DNA from: Verrucomicrobiales bacterium | GTDB lineage: Bacteria; Verrucomicrobiota; Verrucomicrobiia; Verrucomicrobiales; SLCJ01 | Reading direction: 5' to 3' | DNA: 10,522 nucleotides | NCBI GenBank assembly: GCA_046075565.1 | Contig: JBJTQJ010000079.1 | Span: 1 to 10,522, forward strand | Part shown: one piece after another, positions 1-7,109 of the stretch | Position numbering within the stretch: the first letter of the stretch is position 1 | Layout of the letters: each line of letters starts with the position of its first letter | Position numbers and translations under genes: made by a program | The notes under the pieces: model-generated | Databases searched by the model: none | What the model was told of the DNA's origin: nothing | Seen by the model: the letters and a program-made list of their open reading frames with translations, nothing else

Positions 1-8
1 ATCCGTCC

Positions 9-113
9 CCAAAGCGGTGTCGTCCCCGACAGGTCGGGGTTGCCACCGCACTCCGACACACTCGCTTGGGCAGTCGCTGTGTTGGACTGCGCCGGCTGTG
101 ACGGCGCTTTCGG
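9..113. repeat. REP/REPIN-like inverted doublet of AAAGCG-stem-CGCA(C/G)TCC(A/G)A palindromes
   Basis: Unit 1: CCAAAGCGGTG (9-19)...CACCGC (44-49) ACTCCGACACA, with an inner hairpin CCCCGAC-AG-GTCGGGG (24-39). Unit 2 (inverted): TGTGTTGGACT-GCGCCG (89-94)...CGGCGC (102-107)-TTTCGG. 47-60 matches the reverse complement of 78-91 at 12/14; AAAGCG (11-16) is the reverse complement of CGCTTT (105-110). Confidence 0.7.
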
Positions 114-172
114 TTGTGGAGCACGGCGACTCGTGCGGCACCCCACACGAAATGGCCTCACTCACTTGTCGG

Positions 173-194
173 GCCCCGACGGCGTCGGGGCTAC
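173..194 (-). repeat. GTAG-type REP-like palindrome
   Basis: Minus strand reads GTAGCCCCGACGCCGTCGGGGC: a GTAG tetranucleotide running into a perfect 8-bp stem (GCCCCGAC 173-180 / GTCGGGGC 184-191, 3-nt loop). This is the architecture of GTAG-family REPs. Confidence 0.65.
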
Positions 195-302
195 GATTGA
201 CATGGAACCTCATAGGCAGATTGATTGTTCTTCTCTGCGGCGGAGTGTTTCAACAGACCAACTTCCCCATAGCATTGTTCCGGTATCTACCGGTTATGGA
301 CG

Positions 303-432
303 CTGAAAGGGTTTTGTCGCTTCAACCGACGGACAGAACCCTTTCAGGGTTCGCTTGCCGTTACGGGGTGCTATCCCGGGGTAGGCCCTACGGCCCAACC
401 CCGGGCTTTGTGACTCAACCCTTTCGGGGTTG
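303..432. repeat. Multi-hairpin palindromic repeat (AACCCT-TTC-(A/G)GGGTT type), MITE/REPIN-like
   Basis: CTGAAAGGGTTTTGTC (303-318) pairs with GACAGAACCCTTTCAG (332-347) with one G-U. GAACCCT-TTC-AGGGTTC (336-352) and CAACCCT-TTC-GGGGTTG (416-432) are direct copies of a self-palindromic unit and flank a central hairpin CCCGGGGTAGGCC...GGCCCAACCCCGGG (375-405). Confidence 0.75.
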
Positions 433-451
433 GTAAAGGAAAAATCGGCAA

Positions 452-480
452 TCGACAGGCATTAAAGTTTGCAACATAAT
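452..480 (+). promoter_or_regulatory. Candidate sigma70 promoter firing antisense toward the plsC 3' end
   Basis: TCGACA (452-457)-N17-CATAAT (475-480), each 5/6 to consensus, preceded by the A-rich tract AAAGGAAAAAT. Motif match only. Confidence 0.35.
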
Positions 481-552
481 CCGCATCGCGTTGCTCCCGG
501 ACTCCCTCCTTTGTCTCATCACCCAATATCAGGCGAGGCAAGCTTTCCGGCA

Positions 553-1164
553 TCACCTCGTATCCTGCAACCTCCCAATGGCAAGCATTACCGTAGCCGC
601 ATACGCCTCGTAGAGTTCGCGTCCGCTGAGACCGGCGGGAATCGTGGAAAAATCGACAGGCGGGCCGGAGACGACATGCACACGCCCCGGACGCGGAAAC
701 TTCGAATGGCGGGGAAACGCTTCATGGGCACCGAAGATGCGGGTCGGAATAACCGGAGTGCCGCACTTGGCGATGATAAATCCGACGCCTGCTTCAGCGG
801 CCTGCAACGAACCGTCTGGCGAACGTGTGCCCTCCGGAAAGAGCAACACGCGGTGACCGCTCTTGAGCATGGCGAGCACGCGTTTGAGTCCGGCCATGTC
901 GGCCTTGCCTTGATCGACCGGAATGACCTGGATTCGCGGCAAGAGCCAGGCCAGCGGTCCCTTGAACAATGTCTTCCGCGCCAGATAAAAAATCGGCTGG
1001 CGATAGGCACATCCAATCAAAGGTGGATCGAGGAAACTCACATGATTGGAAACAATGAGGGCGCCACCCGATTCCGGCATGTGCTCGCGTCCGTGCACAC
1101 GGAGACGAAAAAAGACCGCACCGAAGACCCGGCTGAGCGTGTGGCAAATCCGGTAAACAATCAT
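553..1164 (-). CDS. plsC: 1-acyl-sn-glycerol-3-phosphate acyltransferase (LPLAT/PlsC family), 203 aa
   Basis: Catalytic NHVSFLD (HX4D) and FPEGTRS motifs; start overlaps the cmk stop (ATGA); cmk-plsC synteny is common. Confidence 0.93.
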   Translation of the reverse strand: MIVYRICHTLSRVFGAVFFRLRVHGREHMPESGGALIVSNHVSFLDPPLIGCAYRQPIFYLARKTLFKGPLAWLLPRIQVIPVDQGKADMAGLKRVLAMLKSGHRVLLFPEGTRSPDGSLQAAEAGVGFIIAKCGTPVIPTRIFGAHEAFPRHSKFPRPGRVHVVSGPPVDFSTIPAGLSGRELYEAYAATVMLAIGRLQDTR

Positions 1165-1826
1165 GGCACGGTCGGAATTTGGAAGGCTTTTGCCTTCATC
1201 AATCCGATGATGGCATCGACAACACCATTCGGACTGAGTTCATCGGAATCAATAATCACAGCTCCATCCGCGACCATCAGCGGGGCATTGGCGCGCGAGC
1301 TATCCACGCGGTCGCGGTCGCGAACGCTGTCGACCAGACCTTGTGCGGCCCGGCGGCTTTGTCGCACTTCTTCGCTGGCATCGACGTAGAATTTCCATGG
1401 CGTGTCGGGAAAGACCACGCTGCCAATGTCCCGGCCTTCCATGACAATTGGACAAAGTTCCGCGAAGGCACGCAATTGGCGAACAACTTCAGCGCGCACT
1501 TCCGGAACCTTGGCGACAAAAGAAACCGCGGCATTCACTTCTCCGGTTTCCAATTCATTCTGCAACCTTGGGCCGCCGATGGCAACCCAAGAGGAGTGGT
1601 CTTCCAATCCACTGGTGAGTCGGGCTGCGGGAACGGCGGCGGCTACCGCTTCGCTTTGTTGCACGGCGACATTCGCGCGGACCATGGCCAAGGTCATGGC
1701 CCGGTAAAGGGCACCGGAGTTGACAAACCCATACCCGAGACGAAGGGCGAGAAGACGGGCCACGGTGCTTTTGCCGGAGGCAGCCGGACCGTCGATGGCG
1801 ATAACGGTATGTCGGTTGAAGGTCAT
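1161..1826 (-). CDS. cmk: Cytidylate kinase, 221 aa
   Basis: IAIDGPAASGKST P-loop, SGALYRA, MEGRDIGSVVFPD and RDRVDSSR motifs; ATGA overlap with the aroA stop. Confidence 0.96.
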   Translation of the reverse strand: MTFNRHTVIAIDGPAASGKSTVARLLALRLGYGFVNSGALYRAMTLAMVRANVAVQQSEAVAAAVPAARLTSGLEDHSSWVAIGGPRLQNELETGEVNAAVSFVAKVPEVRAEVVRQLRAFAELCPIVMEGRDIGSVVFPDTPWKFYVDASEEVRQSRRAAQGLVDSVRDRDRVDSSRANAPLMVADGAVIIDSDELSPNGVVDAIIGLMKAKAFQIPTVP

Positions 1827-3133
1827 GCGAGAAGCGAACGGAGGGTGGATTCAAAACCGGGATAGGAGGTGGCAATGCATGCGGTATCGACAATGTCGGT
1901 GACACCCGTGGCGGACAGTCCCGCGATGGCAAATGCCATGGCGATGCGGTGATCCCCGTGGCTCTCGATACGGGCGGCATGGAGTTTGTTAGGACCTTCG
2001 ACCCGGAGGCCATCTGGATATTCCTCGACCTTCGCCCCCATGGATTGCAGCCGGCGCACGACCTCGCTGATGCGGTCGCTTTCCTTCACCCGCAATTCGG
2101 CGGCGTCACGAATCTCTGTTGCCCCATCGGCGAGAGACGCTGCAACCGCGAGCACGGGGATTTCGTCGATGACATTCGGGATTTCCTTGCCGGCGATGGT
2201 GGTGCCCCGGAGCTTGCCACCTCGGATACGGAGATTGCCGTAAGGTTCGCCATCCTCGCCACCGGTGACTTCCCTTTCCACGCTCGCACCCATGCGCTCC
2301 AGCACGTCAAGGATACCGGTGCGGGTTGGATTCAGTCCCACACCCCCGATGGTCAAATCGGAACCGGGGATGGTGGCGGCAGCCACACACCAGAAAGCGG
2401 CGCTGCTGATGTCGCCCGGCACATGAAGATCGCGGGCCACAGGGGTCTGGGGTCCGGTGACCTCGATGCAGTTGCCTTTGATCGCGAGATGGAGACCGAA
2501 ATGGCGGAAGAGTCGTTCGGTGTGGTCGCGGGTTGTCTCGGGCTGCACGACCGTGGTCGTCCCGTCGGTGAAGAGTCCGGCCAACAGGATAGCGCTCTTC
2601 ACTTGTGCGCTCGCGACCGGCATTTCATAACGAATCGGGGAAAGTTTTCCTCCGGTAATGGCGAGTGGCGCGGTTTGTTTCTCGCCCTGTCCGGCCAAAC
2701 GCGCACCCATTTCGCCCAGCGGACGGATGATACGCCCCATCGGCCGCGAACTGAGCGAGGCATCGCCGGTCATGCGACTGGAAAAGGACTGGGCCGCCAG
2801 CACCCCGGCGAGGAGGCGCATGGCCGTGCCGGAATTGCCGCAGTCGATGTCAGTGGCGGGAGCGGCGAGTTGACCACCGGTGCCAGTGATAACGAGGCGG
2901 GTCGGTCGTTCGGGGTCTTCTCCTGCCGGAAATTCGACCTTTGCCCCCATGGCCCGCATGGCGGCCAGCGTGCAGAGGCAGTCGTCGCTGGGCAGGAAAC
3001 CGGTCACCTTGGTGCTGCCCCGGGCCAGTCCGCCCAGAATGGCGGCCCGGTGGGAGATGCTTTTGTCGCCGGGCACCCGCAAGGTGCCGCGCCAGGGGCC
3101 GGTGGCTTGGACTTGGAACGAAGAGACTGACAT
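1823..3133 (-). CDS. aroA: 3-phosphoshikimate 1-carboxyvinyltransferase (EPSP synthase), about 436 aa
   Basis: PGDKSISHR, DCGNSGTAMR, SAQVKSA, RDHTE, ELRVKESDRI and HGDHRIAM motifs. Start placed at ATG 3133 (MSVSSFQV...); the ORF-track extension to 3523 is non-homologous and overlaps the divergent gene. Confidence 0.96.
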   Translation of the reverse strand: MSVSSFQVQATGPWRGTLRVPGDKSISHRAAILGGLARGSTKVTGFLPSDDCLCTLAAMRAMGAKVEFPAGEDPERPTRLVITGTGGQLAAPATDIDCGNSGTAMRLLAGVLAAQSFSSRMTGDASLSSRPMGRIIRPLGEMGARLAGQGEKQTAPLAITGGKLSPIRYEMPVASAQVKSAILLAGLFTDGTTTVVQPETTRDHTERLFRHFGLHLAIKGNCIEVTGPQTPVARDLHVPGDISSAAFWCVAAATIPGSDLTIGGVGLNPTRTGILDVLERMGASVEREVTGGEDGEPYGNLRIRGGKLRGTTIAGKEIPNVIDEIPVLAVAASLADGATEIRDAAELRVKESDRISEVVRRLQSMGAKVEEYPDGLRVEGPNKLHAARIESHGDHRIAMAFAIAGLSATGVTDIVDTACIATSYPGFESTLRSLLA

Positions 3134-3147
3134 GGAATCGAGCGGGA

Positions 3148-3156
3148 ACTTTAGCA
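3148..3156 (-). promoter_or_regulatory. Possible extended -10 element for the aroA-cmk-plsC operon
   Basis: Minus strand TGcTAAAGT ends 14 nt upstream of the aroA ATG; no clear -35. Motif match only. Confidence 0.25.
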
Positions 3157-3338
3157 AGTCTTCCGGGTCGCGCATTCGATTTTGCATCCGGATTTCCCCG
3201 GCGTGCCGAAAAACCTGCTTAGCCTTGTAGAGCCGGGCATTGCCGTGTGCTCGCGGCCCCATTTTCCGAGGGCAGTGCCCACCCCTGGCCGCACGAAGGC
3301 ACCGGAAAGAAGCCTGCCGATTCTGCGTAGTCATCGCG

Positions 3339-4232
3339 GTGAAGTTCCTCTCCCTCATAGCATTGCTTTTCCCGTTGGTTGCGGCCGCTGCGCCTGCGAA
3401 AAACCAGGTCGCCTCGCAGACGAAATTCATCGAAAATGGCCAGCTCAAGATTGGGGTCGATCTTACTTCCGGCGGTTCGATTTTCTGGTTTTCCGAATTG
3501 CCCGCCGACCGCAATCTGCTCAATCATGCGGACCGGGGACGATTTATCCAGCAGTCCTACTATGGAAAAAAGGACGGCTCGGTGTGGGCGAAAAAGCCCT
3601 GGCGGTGGAACCCGGTGCAGGGCGGCGACTACAAAGGAAAACCCGCGCGCTTGCTCGAGGTGAAGGCCGAGAAAGAAAGCCTCTACACCCACAGTATCCC
3701 CGTGAACTGGGCCGGCGGGCAGGACATCGAGGACTGCCGGATGGAACAACGGATCACGCTCGACGACACGATGGCGAAGATCCGCTTTCGTTTTGTCTAT
3801 TCCGGCCAGGAAAATCATCCGCCCACCCATCAGGAACTTCCGGCCGTGTTCATGGACTACGCTCTCACGGATCTGGTTTATTACGACGGTGACACCCCTT
3901 GGACCAATGCCCCCATCAAGAAAGACCGCCCGGGCTGGCCGAACGAACAACGGAAACCGACCGAGAACTGGGCGGGCTTCGTCGGGGCGGATGGGCGGGG
4001 AGTTGGCGTATCCTTCCCCGGCACCGACCGGATCACGACGTACCGGCATCCCGGACCGGCGGGCCCGAAAGGCGGTGGCTGTTCCTATTTTGCACCCATC
4101 CGCACCATGGCCATCGGACCGGGCACGGATTTTCGCTACGAAATTGCCCTGACCATCGGGTCCGCCGAAGAAATGCGGACGCGCTTTTCCAAAAAAGACC
4201 CGCCGCTCCCCTCTCCTGCCCCGGAAAAATGA
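3339..4232 (+). CDS. Secreted hypothetical protein, about 297 aa, beta-rich and possibly carbohydrate-active
   Basis: GTG 3339 opens a clean Sec signal peptide (MKFLSLIALLFPLVAAA|APAK). The body has protein-like composition with blocks ENGQLKIGVDLTSGGSI, NLLNHADRGRFIQQSYYG, WNPVQGGD and HQELPAVF. No function can be assigned from sequence alone. Confidence 0.85.
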   Translation: MKFLSLIALLFPLVAAAAPAKNQVASQTKFIENGQLKIGVDLTSGGSIFWFSELPADRNLLNHADRGRFIQQSYYGKKDGSVWAKKPWRWNPVQGGDYKGKPARLLEVKAEKESLYTHSIPVNWAGGQDIEDCRMEQRITLDDTMAKIRFRFVYSGQENHPPTHQELPAVFMDYALTDLVYYDGDTPWTNAPIKKDRPGWPNEQRKPTENWAGFVGADGRGVGVSFPGTDRITTYRHPGPAGPKGGGCSYFAPIRTMAIGPGTDFRYEIALTIGSAEEMRTRFSKKDPPLPSPAPEK

Positions 4233-4263
4233 GTCCGATGTGCTCTTCCCAGGTATGGCGGAC

Positions 4264-4291
4264 TGGACAAACGTCCAAGGAGGAATAGGGT
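4264..4291 (+). promoter_or_regulatory. Candidate rhaA promoter with overlapping palindromic operator
   Basis: TGGACA (4264-4269)-N16-TAGGGT (4286-4291); inverted repeat TGGAC-AAAC-GTCCA (4264-4277) covers the -35. Confidence 0.3.
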
Positions 4292-4320
4292 CAGGACTGT
4301 CTCTTTCCCATTTCCCAACC

Positions 4321-5571
4321 ATGAACGCCTACGATTTCGCCCGCGAAACCTACGCCTCCCACGGCGTGGACACCGAAGCCGCCCTCGCCGCCCTTTCCGG
4401 CATCCCGATTTCCCTGCATTGTTGGCAAGGTGATGATGTCGGTGGATTTGAAAAAGCGGGGGCAGGACTCGAAGGAGGCGGTATCCAGGCCACCGGCAAC
4501 TATCCCGGGCGCGCCCGCACCATTGACGAACTGCGCGGCGATTTGGAAAAAGCGCTTTCCCTGATTCCCGGACGCCATCGTCTGAACCTTCATGCTTGTT
4601 ATGCCGATCTCGGGGGCAAGAAGGTCGAGCGCAACACCTACGACATCTCCCATTTCCAAAGCTGGGTCGATTGGTGCAAGAGCCATCAACTCGGCTTCGA
4701 TTTCAATCCCACCTACTTCTCGCATCCGCTCGCCAACGACGGATTCACACTCAGCCACCGCGACGCGGGCGTCCGCAAATACTGGATCGAGCACGGCATC
4801 GCCTGTCGTCATATTGCCGCCGCCGCCGCCAAACAACTCGGCAAAACCGTGGTGACGAACTTCTGGATTCCGGATGCTTACAAGGACACACCGTATGACC
4901 GCGCCGCGCCGCGGGCCCGGCTATCCGAGTCCCTCGATGCCGTCTTCGCGGAAAAGATTGATCCTTCGCTGAACCTCGATGCCGTCGAGAGCAAACTCTT
5001 CGGCATCGGCGCGGAGAGTTACACCGTCGGATCCCACGAGTTCTACCTTTCCTATGCGGTCAAAAACCAACTGCTCTACTGTCTCGACGCCGGCCACTTC
5101 CATCCCACCGAATCGCTGGCCGACAAAATCTCGTCGGTGCTGCAGTTTGTTCCCGAAATCCTCCTGCATGTCAGCCGCGGGGTGCGTTGGGACAGCGACC
5201 ACGTCGTGATCATGGACGACGCCACCCGCGCCATCATGGAAGAAGTCGTTCGCGGTGGATTTGTTTCCCGCACGCACATCGGACTCGATTTCTTCGATGC
5301 CAGCATCAACCGCATCGCGGCCTGGGTCATCGGCACCCGTTCGGCCATCAAATGCCTGCTCGCCGCCCTGCTTGAACCGGCGGCCAAACTCCGCGCCGCC
5401 GAAGAAAGCGGCGACCATACCTCGCGGCTCGCGTGGCTGGAAGAAAGCAAGACCCTGCCGCTTGGAACGGTTTGGGATGAATACTGCCGCCGCCAGAATG
5501 TCCCGGTCGGCCCGGCCTGGCTCGGCGAGGTCAAGAGCTATGAAAGCGCGGTCCTGGCGCGTCGAGTCTGA
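4321..5571 (+). CDS. rhaA: L-rhamnose isomerase (E. coli RhaA type), 416 aa
   Basis: Signature blocks SLHCWQGDDVGGFE, ATGNYPGRAR, VESKLFGIGAESYTVGSHEFY, LDAGHFHPTE, HVSRGVRWDSDHVV and IGLDFFDASINRIAAWVIGTR. Start at ATG 4321 gives the normal length. Confidence 0.96.
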   Translation: MNAYDFARETYASHGVDTEAALAALSGIPISLHCWQGDDVGGFEKAGAGLEGGGIQATGNYPGRARTIDELRGDLEKALSLIPGRHRLNLHACYADLGGKKVERNTYDISHFQSWVDWCKSHQLGFDFNPTYFSHPLANDGFTLSHRDAGVRKYWIEHGIACRHIAAAAAKQLGKTVVTNFWIPDAYKDTPYDRAAPRARLSESLDAVFAEKIDPSLNLDAVESKLFGIGAESYTVGSHEFYLSYAVKNQLLYCLDAGHFHPTESLADKISSVLQFVPEILLHVSRGVRWDSDHVVIMDDATRAIMEEVVRGGFVSRTHIGLDFFDASINRIAAWVIGTRSAIKCLLAALLEPAAKLRAAEESGDHTSRLAWLEESKTLPLGTVWDEYCRRQNVPVGPAWLGEVKSYESAVLARRV

Positions 5572-5589
5572 GCCGCTTCCCGTGGCGCC

Positions 5590-6912
5590 ATGAAGCTCCT
5601 GATCATCGCCTCCGTCTGGTTGCTTGCCTGCGTCCCCGCTTAGCAAGCCCCCGGGCAAGAGGAGCCGGCGCAGAAACCGAATATCATCCTCATCCTGGCC
5701 GATGATCTCGGTTACGGCTCGCTGGGTTGTTATGGCAGCAAGGATGTGCGGACACCAAACATCGATCAACTCGCTGCCGGAGGCTTGCGACTGACCGACT
5801 TCCACAGCAATGGCGCCGTGTGCACGCCTACACGCGCGGCGTTGATGACCGGTCGTTATCCCCAGCGTTGCGCTTGGGTGCCCGATGATGAATTGTCGCC
5901 GGTCTTCCGTGCCCAGCGCGCAAAAAACCCGGATCAGCGCTGGGCCTGGGGCATTGCCGAAGAAGAACGCACCTTGCCGAAGCTTCTTTCCGCAGCCGGT
6001 TACCGCACCGCCTTGATCGGAAAGTGGCACCTCGGTTACGATGTGAATTTTCACCCGATGAATTATGGCTTCGATGAGTTTCGCGGCTTTGTCGGCGGTG
6101 GAATTGATTACCACATCCATATCGCAACCCATGGAGAAAAGATTCCCGATTGGTGGCACGATCGCGAGAAGAAGAACGAATCGGGATACGCCACGGATCT
6201 GCTCACCCGGCACGCGGTTGACTTCATCACACGAAACAAGGAGAGCCCCTTCTTTCTCTACCTCGCCCATGCCTCGCCCCACTCGCCCTGGCAAGGACGT
6301 GATCCCGAATCGCGAAAACCCGCGACGGAAATCTACAAGGAGATGATTGAGATTCTCGACGAGTCGGTCGGTTCTATTGTCCAATGCTTGCGGGATACAC
6401 AACTGGAGAAGAACACTTTACTCATCTTTTGTTCGGACAACGGACCACAAGGCCCGGGTGGATTCCCTGCCACTGGTCTGCTCCGGGGAAAGAAGGGCAC
6501 GATGTTCGAAGGTGGCCATCGTGTGCCCTGCATCGCGAGTTGGCCGTCCGTGATCCCCGCAGGAAAGACCAGTGGAGAAGCGGTGATGACCATGGACTTC
6601 CTGCCGACATTCGCAAAGCTTGCTCGCGCGGAACTGCCTCCAGGGCATGTGATCGACGGCGCGGATGTCTTGCCCCTCTTCAAAGGCGAAGAAAAACTTC
6701 CGGAACGCGTGCTGCACTGGAAACACGGCGAGGCCTGGGCCGTCCGCCAGGGACCTTGGAAGCTGATGGGTCGTGGCAATCAACCGACCCAACTCGTGAA
6801 TCTGGAAAAGGACCTTGCGGAAACCGAAGACCTGAACAAAGAGAACCCGGAACTGAGCGCCCAACTCGACCAACTTCACCGCCGGTGGGTGGGAGAAGTC
6901 GGACCCCGCTGA
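5590..6912 (+). pseudogene. S1 formylglycine-dependent sulfatase (arylsulfatase A-like) with one in-frame TAG at 5641-5643; 440 aa if read through
   Basis: From ATG 5590 the frame reads MKLLIIASVWLLACVPA*QAPGQEEPAQKPNIILILADDLGYG..., in frame with ORF 5746-6912. Motifs CTPTRAALMTGRY (CxPxR), GKWHLG, PHSPW, SDNGP and GKKGTMFEGGHRVP are intact. Family call is firm; pseudogene versus base-call error versus readthrough cannot be decided here. Confidence 0.85.
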
Positions 6913-6928
6913 TCGGTGTTTTATGCAA

Positions 6929-7093
6929 GGAACCACGAATGGACACGAATTTACACAAATATAAAATGAAAATCAGAGATTAATGTAAGGAGCCTCAACC
7001 ATCCGCAGGATGATCTGGGTTTCTGCCATAACTCACTGAAAATTCGTGCCCATTTGTGTCGATGATAAGGCCTGGCTTCGCCATCGTGGTTCC
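6929..7093. repeat. MITE-like element with 10-bp terminal inverted repeats and tandem 10-mer CAC(G/A)AAT units
   Basis: GGAACCACGA (6929-6938) is the exact reverse complement of TCGTGGTTCC (7084-7093). Left arm: AACCACGAAT-GGACACGAAT-TTACACAAAT (6931-6960). Right arm inverted units: ATTCGTGCCC-ATTTGTGTCG (7042-7061). The core is AT-rich. Confidence 0.75.
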
Positions 7094-7109
7094 ATTTTTC
7101 TTTCTCGGT

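Noticed and set aside
197..225. Perfect TTGACA at 197-202 as a promoter
   Set aside because: No acceptable -10 hexamer at 16-18 bp spacing.
17..436. ORFs 17-436, 40-306 and 371-556
   Set aside because: They run through palindromic repeats and lack protein-like features; treated as spurious.
1700..1730. Cmk FVNSGALYRA in place of the usual LDTGAMYRA
   Set aside because: A single conservative difference with all other motifs intact; not enough to claim altered function.
1949..3130. 393-aa plus-strand ORF (also 469-1389 and 1179-1865)
   Set aside because: Antisense shadows of aroA, plsC and cmk; long stop-free reverse frames are expected in GC-rich coding DNA, and they show no motifs.
3134..3523. 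130-aa N-terminal extension of AroA in the ORF track
   Set aside because: No similarity to known AroA fusion partners and overlaps the divergent gene; the real start is most likely ATG 3133.
5641..5643. Genome-wide TAG reassignment or pyrrolysine decoding
   Set aside because: Only one in-frame TAG among roughly 3000 codons, at a non-catalytic position, and no pyl genes in view. The absence of TAG stops in ten genes is unremarkable for a GC-rich genome favouring TGA.
4921..6402. 493-aa minus-strand ORF (also 3219-4322)
   Set aside because: Lies antisense to rhaA/sulfatase or the secreted hypothetical gene, with no recognisable domain.
6931..6960. Short tandem repeats as a CRISPR array
   Set aside because: Units are 9-10 bp, adjacent and without spacers; no cas genes in the window.
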